Assembly (NCBI GenBank): GCA_030141605.1
Contig: JAQGDQ010000533.1
Location: 1 to 64,000, forward strand
From: Tubiluchus corallicola
Lineage: Eukaryota > Animalia > Priapulida
Length of the DNA: 64,000 bases
Reading direction: 5' to 3'
Positions 1 to 15,530 of the stretch are shown here, one piece after another; position 1 is the first letter of the stretch; each line of letters starts with the position of its first letter. Made by a program: the position numbers and the translations under genes. The notes beneath the pieces were generated by a model. It ran no database searches. It saw only the letters and a program-made list of their open reading frames with translations, and was not told the DNA's origin.

Positions 1-246
1 ATCTATTATTTATTAAAATTAATAACATTTTTATAGTAGGTACGTTTTTACCTAATTCTTTATAAAGCATAGACTTTAGCCTCTCGCTAGTGCGTAATTA
101 TTATTTTGCACGTTGATCTCAGGCCGGTACAATTCACGAAACAAGTTGGTAAACAACAACATCGTTCCAGTTGACAAAGTCCTCAATAACAGATGATTAT
201 CATACAGAAAATTGTCCAGACCAATCACTCACTGTTACTGCAATTT

Positions 247-482
247 GACCAGATGGCATAGTCTATTGGTAACGCGTCCGCTGTCAGTCTGCAAGTTCGA
301 TACTGCAGCTGACTTTCGAAACGGTACCTGCTGTTTCCCTGCCTGGCGCGTGGTATTTACGATAAAAGTGGGGTAACAATAGTCTCTGCAATGCAAGTGT
401 AGATTTGTTATTTACAGTCGGCAAAAACTTCTTGAGCTTATGTTAACTGCTTATCCAAAAAGCCGACTTCAAACAAGAATTC
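247..482 (+). mobile_element. tRNA-derived SINE (degenerate), running directly into the (ACT)n tract
   Basis: gaccagatggcatagtctattggtaac...gttcgatac...ggtacctgctgtttccctgcctggcgcgtggtatttacgataaaagtggggtaa aligns by eye with the reverse complement of 62300-62474. A-box-like and B-box-like (GTTCGA) motifs are present. Confidence 0.7.
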
Positions 483-3122
<2,640 letters not shown>

Positions 3123-3324
3123 ATAAACTGTTTCAATAATTATTCTCGTAAAGTGTACTGGTGAGAAAGTTATGAGGAAAGCTTATTCTAGAAGGCATTT
3201 ATCTGGAGAATTGTTTTTATAACTGACGTGCGCTTGTGTCTTTCTAAGCAGGCACGATTCACACTGTCATTATAGCCGTTTACCTCCAGTTGCAGCTGTA
3301 AATTAGACTGATAGCAAATGCGTG

Positions 3325-3832
3325 TTAAAGGGAAGAACAAGTCACTCAGCATGTTGTGTTCATTTTACTGTTATCACTTACAAAAAATATAACAAAGAAA
3401 TTTGCAAAGAACTGCCCATAAATATAAAATATACTACCTATGAATAGAAATGAATGGTGGTTGTCGTCATTCGTTTGAAAATTATGACGTAATGAGAGAC
3501 TTCGTAACTTTTCGTAAGCGCTTCGTGGCTTCCGGTGAGAGCGCGGTGCTTAAATTAATTCACACTCCTGCAGCTTACCTAATTCTCACGCAAAATTATT
3601 ACAAAATTAGCTATCTAACTTGTAATAACTTATTATACTTTTGACGAAGATTGACAGTGCGCCAGTTTTCTTTAAGACGAATGCGCTATTGGAAGAATGA
3701 GTGTTTAAAATGATCGCGACGTTAAATTTATTTTGAAAGCGCTTATTGCAGTTTTATTAATAAATCCTTATAACATTTTTTACGAACATAGAAATAAGCG
3801 TAATTTCCCTGAAGGGTTGGCCTTTCCTTTAA
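3325..3832. mobile_element. Non-autonomous DNA transposon with TTAA-flanked AGG...CCT ends (Kolobok-like, family A)
   Basis: ttaa|agggaagaacaagtc ... ggttggcctttcct|ttaa. Internal segments (gaaaattatgacgtaa...cttttcgtaagc; ttatactttygacgaarattgacagtgcgc) recur at about 61270-61590, and the right end recurs at about 17900-17988. Confidence 0.6.
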
Positions 3833-4759
3833 CATTATCGAATTACTGCAAATATCTCACAGCATAACGCGGCGTTTTTAACATTTCTTTTGCAGGAAAC
3901 TTCCAGCCATAAATGCTTTTCCCGTTTCCCCTTTTTACAGTTTAACCGCAATGGCATTTGTAATACATGAGAACACAGAAATTCGAGTCGGGCACAAATG
4001 CCGGGATGACTCATAGCCGCCATGCCACTGCGCCAAATTTGTCCCTCGGTAACTTTAGCTTCCCTGGTCGCCATGGTTTCCCATCGGGCAATCTCCCTGC
4101 TGCTCGGGGGATCCCCCGAGAATCTCTTTTCTTATCATCAAATTGGCTTTTTTCGCAACGATCTATCAACACGTCTGTTTATTTATTCGCATGGCTACGT
4201 CTGCCACCTGTAGTCAAAGAGGTGGTTTCAAATCTCTGATATACAATTATTTTCATAGCTCACTTGTTTACTTTGAGTTTTGCATGTTACTGGACGCCTA
4301 TGGTTGGCAGCAGGTGTTACTCTATGCGTCATACATATGGCCAAAAAGACGTCTGCCCATTATACAGCACACCCTCTGGCATGGATCCGGTCTTGGCGCT
4401 ATGATGTTGTTTTGAGCTGGGAAGTATTTTCGGCCTCTGATGCAGAACTAGAGCCAGATATGGAACGATGATGTCATCGCCTGGCAGACGAGATTCAAAA
4501 ACTGGGGCAGCTGTAAAAATTCCTGCCTTTGCACAGCACTGAGAATTTTCACTACATTAACGAAGCATTTTACAATTTCTGTAGGTTTCACTTGTTTTCT
4601 GACAATGAGTGGTGAGTTAGTCACCTACGCGGATGACTCGTTCGTCAGGGAAGGCATAACCAATGTCCGCCCCAATGACATTTTCGCCGGCGTGAAGTTT
4701 GGCTGTGTCTTTTGGCGACTCCTCCTTGGTGGGTTAGTACCGTGTGCAAAATAGTTAGA

Positions 4760-4862
4760 AAATTCAGGACGCTGAAGTAGCATGTCTCATACAGACAGTG
4801 TATCCGGGAAAGATAGACATTATAGCACTTTACCTGAAGGTATAGGCTGAAACCGCAAATAG
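4760..4862 (+). other. Putative non-coding first exon of CSRP (5' boundary uncertain)
   Basis: Strong donor aaatag|gtaaga at 4862/4863 follows a relatively GC-rich promoter-like stretch (about 3950-4760). The first coding exon has an acceptor (ttagcag|aacaaaATG) 6 nt before the ATG, so an upstream exon is expected. Confidence 0.45.
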
Positions 4863-7800
4863 GTAAGAAGTTTATTTTCTCATTTGTTTGTTTATTTTAA
4901 AATGGTTGGCTACGATTACGTGTGTGGTTATTTCGAATGTTTTGTGTGGTACTACATTACTTTCATGTTTAGGTTAAAATGCAGTTATACGGTGCAGTAC
5001 AATATCTTAACTTTTTCTTTACAATTGTTCGAGTGAAGGAGTTACCTATTCCTAGAGCTGCAAAGTTTATTGTAACCGGCACACTGAAGTTACACGCTGC
5101 TAGCTTTGTACACAGAAAAATAACGAAGTAGGAAAGACATGCTACCACCTTAGTATACAGGAAGATAAGAAAGTAGGAAAGACGTATATATTGTAAGAAG
5201 GAATTTACGTGGCGATGGAAAAGGAGGAAAAAGGAGGTGTGAAGGCAATTTTGCGGCTTTCCTGCTGTTTAGCCAGAGTTGAACTTCAGTACAAGCATTA
5301 ATAGGCCCATATCCAAAAATTTCTCACACGACTGTACTTTCAAATAAGTTATTAGACGTTTTTGTGTCACGACTGGTCTAGTCACAATTAATTTATGTCT
5401 ATTCTGTTATGGTTTTCTTATTTTGCTGGTTCAGTAGTATGCACAGCAATGTACATAATACGCATATAGTTTTGTGGTGATTTAAATTCTGTTTTTGCAT
5501 TCTCTTTCTCTTCACACTTTTTCTAATTATGTTTAAGAAAATTATACTAATAATTACTAGTAACTGCACACGTAATTGCATACCATTTTGCAGTTTATTT
5601 TGTTGACTCCAGTGCAATTCGTTCTGCTTAGAACCTTGAATATTGTTCTTGAAAAGCGGTTTAATGACTTTGATATTACGGTAACACGTTGGGAAAGCCA
5701 GTGGATTATTTTTCATCAGACTCAGATCGAGACAAACATCTAGGGCTTGTACCCTTCCTGTAGCTCTACTGAAAGTGTTTTACTTCGTAAAAGCAGCCTA
5801 ATCCACTCAGTCGGGAACATGCAGGAATTCGTTCTCTGCGACATACATATTTCACACCTAAATTTGACCAGGTCAATTGATTCGGTCTAGTTTTGTTGGT
5901 CAGAAAAGTTGGAAAGTAGGTTACCATCCTGGGAGCTATCAACAGCCACATGGCTTCATGAAAACATCTTGGTGCTAAGTCCTAGGCGTCGAAAGTTTTG
6001 CATGTGTAAACATGGGGCACAGATTAGGTTACAAAGTGACTAATACATCGCCAGAAGCCTCATTATTAGATAAATGCCAAAGTCCACTCTGGTTTTGTTA
6101 GCATTTTGTAAAATCATTGGGTTTCTTTCTCTACTGACTCCAGGGGATTAAACGCTTCAGTTCGTCAACACTTATTTGAGCATTTAAATATTTTTCTTGC
6201 AAACTACTTGTATCTCTTAAGTACACAAATGGTTCAAGCTACAAATGCTTGTAGTGTGTTAATAGGCTGTAAATGCCACCCTATGGTCAGTTATTGCAGT
6301 ACTCAATTATTCTGTTGCCTAGACTTCTGTTGACGTTTGTTAATAAGTTCATCAGCTCCACCTTGTGCGTATGGGCTCGCTAATGACATCTGCTGGACGT
6401 CAGGTTTCAAAGAGAATGAACTACTGTAGTTCGGCAATTCACTGATTTTGAGAAAGAAGTAAAATAAAAAAGTCTTGGACTGCAGATTCAGGTCTAAAAT
6501 TCCATTTACACATATGTAATTTTCTTTAGTTACCGACTATTGGAGAAACAACTAGAGTAGTCCCTAGACAGAACAGAGCAACTTGGTGATTCGCACGACT
6601 GTTGCCTGCAGTTCAGAAGGGAGGATGGCACTTGTCTCTTAATAATCAACTACTTTGTACTGATGTAGTAGTATCGTGTAGCTTATTTCCTCTGAACCCC
6701 AAGAACTTAATGTTTAATTCACTTGACATCGCTGCTACCGCCAAGCTCTGAACGAACTAACTACGTAGTACTATTTTTCTGTTTACACATAATCTATAAA
6801 TTATTCATTTATTACTTGGTGGGCCAATGGAGGCACGTGCTACGGTTTACCTTTCCTAGCTCAACGTTTACTTTACGTTTCCTAGACATTACCGAAAGAT
6901 GGAATTGTGCTTTCTTTTTACCTAGGTAGGTTGAAAGGTAGTGCTCAGTCATACTTTACCTGAAAGAAATTCACTCAAACCACTTTATACCGTCAACGTT
7001 GCGACTGCAAACGTTGGCGTTAAGTGAGTTTGCCAAAATAACGAGGTGCAATAACACGCCTATGGCGAATATAGACAGTTTGTTTTGCGGCAAAGCGAGG
7101 TTGGCGTCAAAATGGGGCGTAATGTACTAAGGTATTAATGTACCTGAAAGCTGGACAATATGCTCTTGAAATTTTATGCAGAGTTAAAACTATTAGAGTT
7201 ACTGGACGAGTTATTGCACTGCCATAAGTCTGTAGTTGTTACAATTCACTTTATAGTCTTCTGTTCCAGCTGACTATACATTTTCACCAATTCCAGGTGT
7301 TTCCGATCTCTCTTACATTCTGACATCCATTCCTGGCATGCATAACTACTCTAATAACTTGGTCCAATAAAAAATTATCCATCACGTAACGGTATTTTGC
7401 AGGGCTCTTTCTCTTTATTAGTGTTTCCATGAAATGCTAATGATTTTACCGTAATGAAGCATTCGGAATGAAACACATTCAGCATCTTAGGGAATTCCTT
7501 GCAGGTAGCACCTGATATTTGTGGACTGGCCTGTTCTTACCTTCCTGTTGATAGGGCTAACGAGTTTCCGTCTGAACGCCTATTTCTGCGATTGAATATC
7601 TTGTGATTAAATGCTGAACACTGCATTATCTGACAGCTGCAGCCTGTACATTACTCGACGCCTGCATTAAACTGCATCCTCTGAAAATTGGCGCAGTTCC
7701 ACGTTTCTTTAGAGCTGACAGTCTACAGTTCTTGAAGTGTGAAACTGAAAGCCGAGACATTTTATAGTGTAAATTTTAAATGATTGCAGTTAATACTTGA

Positions 7801-9977
7801 TCATGACCGCATAATGTTTTTAAGTAAATTCATAAAAGGGGATTTGACAGCCCACGTTATGTGTAATAAAAAGAACGGTAGGTTTGGTAGGAGAGTCGTT
7901 TTCGCTTTTAGAAGAGTTGACTTGCCCTAGCAATTGGTATTAAACTGTTTTGCGAAACAGCATGGGATACGAATATAAACATTAAACAGAAGAAATCAAT
8001 ACGCATTGTTTGTTATTCATTTAACCAGGGTCGCCTGGGCCACATGCTTCAGGGCGGACTCAAATAGGAGTTTTTGTGCATTGTAATTACATAATTCATG
8101 TGTTTTAGACTTGTAATCTTTGTTTTCGAATTCGTAGACTTGTAATTTCTTTTTTAACAAAAGTTCGCATAACTGCAGCTCAAGTTTCTTTGTAAAAAGC
8201 CTTTGTAGTTGTTTTTGTCACTTTTTGCTTCAGAAGTTAAACTTCAGATTATTCGTCTCATTTTGACGAGGTTTTTTATATCTTTTCTAACTCTATACGA
8301 ATATGAGTATATACTTGTTTTCTTTCTTCTTTCTCTTCTTCCACAAAAGCCTGTGTTTTTGGGAAAGGCACAGGCTTTTGTGGAAGTGGTTTTTATGACT
8401 TTACGCCACCCAGTCATGCCTGAACGACTACCAGTCAAGACGATATAACGACTCGAAGAAAACAAATAAGTCAAAAGAAGAAAATTTAAAGACTCGACGG
8501 ATGCCTGTAATCTTACTTCAATAGATATTAACAGTTAACTATGTGGCAGAGACTCTGTCCTCTTAATTCTGCCAGCGGAATGTACGACGATGAACCGCTG
8601 TGCACAGGATTCTTCCTGCTGTATCATTAAGTATTTTTGGAAGCCAGGCTATTTTTGGTGAAGTGCCTAGAAGAAATATGAGACACAGTACAGCAGACGA
8701 TGCGTGTGGATTCATTATGGCAGCTGATAAGAGAGCTGACATTAGCGAGCGCATCCAAGAATGGCAAGCCCTGCCGCCATTCGCTGCGAGACTCTCGAGT
8801 TCTTCGGGGCGGCCATATGATTCAGGAATCTGGAAAAAATTATTTGTCTAGACGCATTAGCGGCATAAACGAATTCTTAAGAAAGTGAAAACTAAAAGAT
8901 GTATTAATACACTACACTATGTAGCATAACGTCATGGACTCACAGCAAATAAAGTATGAAAGTAACAAAATTCTCAACGAATTAATTGTATCGTTAGCAA
9001 GGGTAGATGAAGCCAGAAGCAGTATTGCGTGACATCCGTTTAGTTTAGTTCTAGCACATTCAAAGAATCCGCAGTGCTGAAATTTGAACACATTTTACAT
9101 AAAGCGAAGATAACAAAACTTTTTAATATAAAGTATAATTTTTTTACATTTACTTGCTAAAAGTGTGTGGCATGCATGCATATGTGAAATAATTATATAA
9201 AAGTATATAAAGCATTATTTATTTGTATATGGTTATGTAATATGATACATTAAAAGAGATCTAAGCCAGCCCATTCTCTAAAATTTGTTAGATAAAACCA
9301 GCCAATTTGAGTTGTTTATAGAAAAAAGAAAGTAACTGCAAATATATCTTATTTGTTATTGCCATATTAAATTATATATGTAGAATTAACTACTGTTTTT
9401 GGGTGTATCAACTGCAAAGTATATTTGCCGTATAAATAGGGGGCAGCACCTGTATATTTTGTATCTGTATTTCGGCGCCAATAAAAGACTCGTAATAATG
9501 TTGTCCCTAGTTGAAATGCAAAATCAGCTTCAGCCTTTTCACCTTCATCTGCTTCCATTTAGTCAAGTCTAGCTTTGATGGTTTAATAATTGTTGGTTCA
9601 TTCCATTCCATGTACGTGCATTTAAGAATCTTGATGCAATTGGGCAACGAATCAGTTAGAAGTAAACTTCTGGTAGAAAAAGGACAGAGATTACTTCAAA
9701 TCACAGTTAGGAAATTTCTCAAAAAGTGGAACGCCAAATATGTAGTGTGAAATTTGACTGTCAAAAGCTTGGATTCAGACGAGAACCAGTACATACAACT
9801 CAGAGTGAATCGGCATTATATGTTTAGACGATATAACCTATGATATTCTTAACTTGGCTGCTTTTTCTTTGCTAGAAGTGAGCGCGTAAATCCAGCAGCT
9901 CAACCTGTATACATTGTAACTGTTAGGTTTTACTAGAGAAGCATTAACTGTAATGTTTATTTTATTAGCAGAACAAA

Positions 9978-12900
9978 ATGCCTTTCGTTGCACCACAGAC
10001 AGCAAAGTGCCCAAAATGCGGCAAGTCCGTATACGCCGCAGAGGAGAAGGTCGCTGGGGGCCTGAAATTTCACAAGATGTGCTTCAAGTGTGGTAGGTGA
10101 ACTTATAAAAGCTCCATAATGCTAACTGTGTAGAGAGGTGAAAAAGAGGCCAAACAAAGCAAACCCCAGAACAATGTAATCATCTTCGAATGCGTTGACA
10201 AAGTCTTTGTAAACGAGCTTATACTGTAATAGTTCAATGATTTGCAAATAAAAGTTCAAGCTACTTTAATGACTAAAGGCAGTGAAAACAGGTGAGAAGT
10301 TTGGACAAAAATCCTGATCAAAAGTGTCAAATGGTTAGTGATAAAAGTTTCCAAGTATAATTATTTTTTGTAAAATGAAAACCATTTTTGATTACAGATT
10401 TATGCAACAAGATGCTGGAGTCAACGAACGTAACAGAACACGAAAACAAATTATACTGCAAGCAATGCTATGGCAGAAAATTTGGACCGAAAGGCTATGG
10501 TTTTGGAGGTGGTGCAGGGTGCTTATCCATGGACACTGGTGAACATGTGGGTAATGTTGATGGAAGCATAATGAGGTTTGTTGCTTCTTATGTACAGTAG
10601 ATGGATGAGAAATGAGTTCAGGTTATAATGAACTTAAAAAAGTGCTAATGACGTAGACTCAAAAAAGGAAACTTCAGTGACATATAAAATACAACTAGTG
10701 TCTACCAGAATTTGGGAAACAGACAGTGTGCTAATGCTGGCTTCATATAAATGTATAAATGCATTACAGTTTAAAAGAAGAAAAAGCAATTTCAACATTG
10801 AGCACAAGAAACAAAGTTTCTATGTACCTGGGCAGGGCCATGTTTAGAAAGTGTGGCTTTATTTTAACAGGTCAAACAATTTACTTATCTGCTAAACGTG
10901 TACATAACATTTTACAGGACATATTAGACATCGGCAGTTTTACCTGCTTACTTAATGAACAAGGGCAGATCTAGGCAGAGTGGTTTGTTGTTTACTTGCA
11001 GTAATAAGCCTACATACCCAGGAGGAACTGGGGGAAGCACATTTATACCCCCAGGTGCAGATCGATGTGGGCGATGCGGAAAGGCGGTTTATGCAGCCGA
11101 AAAGAAGTTGGGTGGTGGCCAGGTATGAGCACAGAACACGGAGCACAGCTTGTTCACCTTAGGCTTGCTGCATAGTTGGGATGGTGTCCCCTCTCTCACT
11201 CTCTCTTATGCTATTTCTTGTTTAGTATCTCCACATTTGTGCACATTCTTGCATGCCTCTACTCTATTTTATTTATTGTAGTAATAAGCCGACTTCTGGT
11301 CCTGCTGGCTCATCTTATATCCCTCCGGGAGCTGAAAGGTGTGGCCGATGTGGCAAGGCAGTGTATGCCGCCGAAAAGAGAACCGGCGGAGGAAAGGTCA
11401 GTGAATCACTACTTGCAACATTGGCCAGCTGGTGTGTCGTTAAAACGGCTTGAAGAGAACACCGGTTAACGACACAATTTCTCAGGACAAGTGGTCAAGT
11501 ACTAACCATTGCCAAATTGTACCATAATTCTTTTTTTTACATTACGAAGGTATTTTTGTCATTGTTTAGTGGTTGCAAGTTCATGATGATGTCAGTTCTG
11601 TGTCATTATGCAAATACAGCACTGCTTTTTTATGTTACACTTTTATTCTGATTTCTGATATTTAGTTCCTTCATTGCTGTTCGCTTTTTTTGTTGCACAT
11701 ACTATAGAATTATGAATTGTTTGCTCAAATCTCTTAGTGACAGTATGTCACAAGGCTTGCATGACGCAGAGTGCAGTGGGCAATGGTGTCAGATGAAAAA
11801 CTAATATGTACGAATATATGTAAGAATGAGTAGCGGAATGAATAAGGGCATAATGGTAGCTATAATGTTGTTGTTTTAATAGCAGACTTATCGACATTAG
11901 TGTTGCTCCATATATCTGATTCGTATCTGAAAATGGTGGTATTCGCGAGATTATACAAGTATTCGTATCGATATTATCTGGTAGTTATAAAGACTTGATA
12001 TTGGAAAATTTTCACTATCGGGTTTTTGTAATATGCAATTGAAAACGGTTTTCGAATAATTTAACAGCGGGAAATAACTAAATAAAATATTACCAAAAAA
12101 CGTAGACATTGTTTTAACCTATGTTTGTGTTTTCAAGACGAAAATTTTACACTTATCTTTTTTCGTTTGTGCGTGATAATACGGTTTATCTTCGGGCAAG
12201 TTCCTTTAAGGTCTTTTTTGACAGACTAAATGAAAACGCTTTAGTTTGCAAATGTACTAATTTTTCATTATCCGAACTGATCCGCATATTCGATCTGAAT
12301 TTAGCTAACCTATAAGTTATAATCCGAATCCGGAAGTCAGTTTGAGGAAATATTCGATGATATCCAGTTTTCGCTATCTGGCAAAAAAGTGTATCCGGAG
12401 CAACACTAATCGACATGCCAAAGAACTGATGACTTTGTTATTTCACATGGAAGTGATTAGTGAAATATAATAAATAAGTCTTCTGCACTTGGGCATACGA
12501 CGAAATAACGTATAAAATTTTCATAATCATACAAGCCATTGAGTAAAGTTTTAGGAAATTGTGTTGATGGGTCATATTGGTTTGCACTACGTTTACGATG
12601 TGCAGCAACTCACGTTATAGAAATGTGGCACTTATAGTAACTGCAGTTTTTTACTCAAGGAAATAATGCCAGCATTCCTATTGTTATTACAGTCATGGCA
12701 TAAAGGGTGCTTCAACTGTGCCGACTGCCACAAGTCACTGGAGTCTGGTGCCGAATGTGTACAAGAAGCCGAGATTTACTGCAAAAGTAAGTTTATTCAA
12801 GGAGAAAAAGTTGATTCAACTTTCTGGTGAAACCTTGTAGTTGCAGGCTATTAAATTAGTGCACAGAGGAGATGGATTTCCTTACTCTAAATATTCAATC

Positions 12901-13513
12901 AAAAATATATCGTCATATATTTTACATTTCATCTCAACAGATGGTGCCAGAGTGTTTGTCAGAAACTAAGTGCGCAAAATTGTGGTACACTTTTTATCCT
13001 AAAATTAATTTGTACTGTTCAGGTGAATTATGAACCCACTAAGACATCAGAAACAACGATGTTGGATATAGTAGATTTTTGGAGAAGACAAGTTACTTAG
13101 ATTTGCGAAATATGCATCTCCAAAGACGTTATTAAGCTGAAGCAAATGTGGCAATGAGAAGTTGTTGTTATTGTTCTATATGTCATTGACTTTAACTTTG
13201 AAGCTCAGCAAAGCAATTAGCTAAGTATACCAGCTGTATCAAATAAATGTGGAGTTAAAAGAACTGTATAGTAGAGGTCGGCAGATACACACATGGTTTC
13301 TATACACCCAGTTTCTCAGTCTTCTTTTGTTACAATTTAGACTTGGCATACTACAGATGCCATATTGCAGAACTGTAAAATAATCTGGAATTTTTGTAAA
13401 TGATCTGTAGTCACCTGAGTCTAACTCGTTATTTTGCAGCTTGCTATGGCAGAAGTTTCGGACCCAAGGGTGTTGGATTTGGTGGTGGTGCAGGATGTTT
13501 ATCTGCAGAATAA
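9978..13513 (+). CDS. CSRP: Cysteine- and glycine-rich protein / muscle LIM protein (2 LIM domains); join(9978..10092,10398..10575,[11002..11122 OR 11282..11396],12693..12786,13440..13513); 193 or 191 aa
   Basis: Manual splice gives [88 protein letters not shown]...[14 protein letters not shown]...[18 protein letters not shown]...[28 protein letters not shown]. Two LIM domains, each followed by the CRP-family GPKG(Y/V)GFGGGAG glycine-rich motif. All introns GT-AG and phase-consistent. Confidence 0.96.
11002..11122 (+). CDS. CSRP: CSRP alternative exon 3A (linker plus first zinc knuckle of LIM2)
   Basis: ttacttgcag|TAATAAGCC...GGCCAG|gtatga; 121 nt, phase 2 to 0; encodes [41 protein letters not shown]. 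Confidence 0.9.
11282..11396 (+). CDS. CSRP: CSRP alternative exon 3B (paralogue of exon 3A)
   Basis: tttattgtag|TAATAAGCC...GGAAAG|gtcagt; 115 nt, phase 2 to 0; encodes [39 protein letters not shown]. Confidence 0.9.
11898..12408. mobile_element. hAT-type MITE in CSRP intron 3
   Basis: TIR TAGTGTTGCTCC / GGAGCAACACTA with a perfect 8-bp target-site duplication ATCGACAT (11890-11897 and 12409-12416); subterminal atccga/atctga repeats. Confidence 0.9.
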
Positions 13514-15391
13514 ACGAAATCCGTCAGCAAAATGCTGTACGAAAACCAACAGCAGGAAATCGGTTGACCAGTCAGCCTCATTCAAAGTCTGGACACAAAA
13601 ACTTACTCTAATCAGACCCAGTGGGCAGCAACTATTTTGGATTTTTGGACAAATTGCTGCAACGGGAAGACTAGAAGGGGACACAGGAATAAATTTTTGT
13701 TTGCTTTCATTGATACCTTGTTTTATAGTGTTGAAATGTCATGTAGTTTTGTATAACCACTATAATGTAACAAGAGAGTATTGATGCGTGCGGAACGTGC
13801 GACGGATATCCGCCGCCACATTTGAAATTATGATCATGTTTTGTTTCGCTGTCTCAAAGATCTCTGTGTATTAATTGTATATTTATTGTCACTTGCTAAA
13901 TGCACGCATTTCAGTAAACAATGTCTTCCACGGAATCTAGGTTAGTTATTTATGCATAGCAAATCACTTTACATTACTAAATTTCTTTCTTTCAGTTTCT
14001 TCTTCAGCGCTGACTATCTAGCATTCACTTTCTCTTGTTGTTATCATATTTCTTATTAATAAACAATCTATTCAAGTAAAAGACTTTTCGTTTTGCCTTA
14101 TGACACCGAGTTCTGCGTGGAGTATATTAAGTTAAGTGGCTGAACGTGACCATAAGAATCCAGTTACAGTGATTATTGCACCATGTGTTCCACATGCAGA
14201 GGGCAAGACATTTATTTCTTTATTGGATAAGTTGTGTTCTTGTCGCTAAGGAAACACAAACTGACGCTCACATACAATTCACACAATATGTAAAGGTGCC
14301 CAAGTTGGTCTTCGACCATCCGCTGAGCAAATACATGCATAGGCCTATTTTATTTACATAATTATGCTGAATTTATTACACAGTGTTCTGTATACACAGC
14401 AGCTCTCTGCACTCAGTACTGTAAATGTATTTTTGGGTTTTTTTTGTCAAAAGTAACATTTGGAATCTAATAAAAATAATAAACATGTAAATTTGCAACT
14501 AAGTACATGATGCTATTACATGTAAAGGCCATTTGAAAACCAAGACGCTCAGGATGTTGTTAATTTAAACCGTTTATTTTCGACTGACACCTTATGTAAT
14601 ACATAAAAGGCAAGCAAGCATTAATAAAAGGTGTAAATAATAATATAAATCCACATGGCACTTTGTAAATATAATTTCTATGAAACACGTGGAAAAATTA
14701 AACGATGGTTCACTTAAAATTTGCTGTACATATTCAACAAATTGACGTCGTTAAACATCTCAAAATGCCTAACAAAAGCATTAATTAAATAGTAATATAA
14801 ATACTATCATGTTTTAAACACGAGTAGCGAGATTCTTAATTTAGCCAACACCAGTAACGACACGTACGTAAGCATGCGGCTTGGGTGATGAAGCTGGTAA
14901 CATGTGCGGGTTACCCGATTTGTCCAGTTCACAAAGTGCCATACATTACGTAACTGTAATGTCGGACCTAGCACCGGCTAACTGCACCGGCCAGATAATT
15001 GCGTAATAATAAATATAACGCCTTTAGCAAAATAACACATATTATTATAGATGTAAATACGTAACAAATGCAATAAAGAACATTACTAAATAGATTTTTA
15101 TAACACGATTAATGAGATTTTTTTACTCAGGAACGCTCGGCAACTAACAAAAAGTAGGTTCCTTATTCCACAGTTTTTGGTAAAATTAATAAAGATGTTT
15201 CATTTGCTAGGAAACATAGAATCATTTGCTCAACTCTGAATTTCTCATTTAACTCGCATCAATGACTCTCATAACCCGTATTTCACTTGATACAGCTTGA
15301 GTTGGGTTGACTTTATGAAAAAACTTTTGTGAAATGAATCCATTAAATACAAACTAGAAACATAGTTTCAGGCAGTTATGAATTTTTAGAT

Positions 15392-15530
15392 CATAGCAAT
15401 GGGCCAAATGGCGAGACAGGAGTCTCAAATTCTGTAGTTACCATGGCAATGGACTAATGGCGAGACAGGAGTCTCAAATTCTGTATTTACCATAGCAATG
15501 GGCTAATGACAAGATAGGAGTCTTGAATAG
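15392..15530. repeat. Tandem repeat, about 50 bp, about 3 copies
   Basis: catagcaatgggccaaatggcgagacaggagtctcaaattctgtagttac repeated with variants. Confidence 0.85.

Noticed and set aside
3950-9970. Perfect CArG boxes expected for a CSRP gene
   Set aside because: I found only one-mismatch variants by eye (for example 4454 and about 9733), so they are not reported as features.
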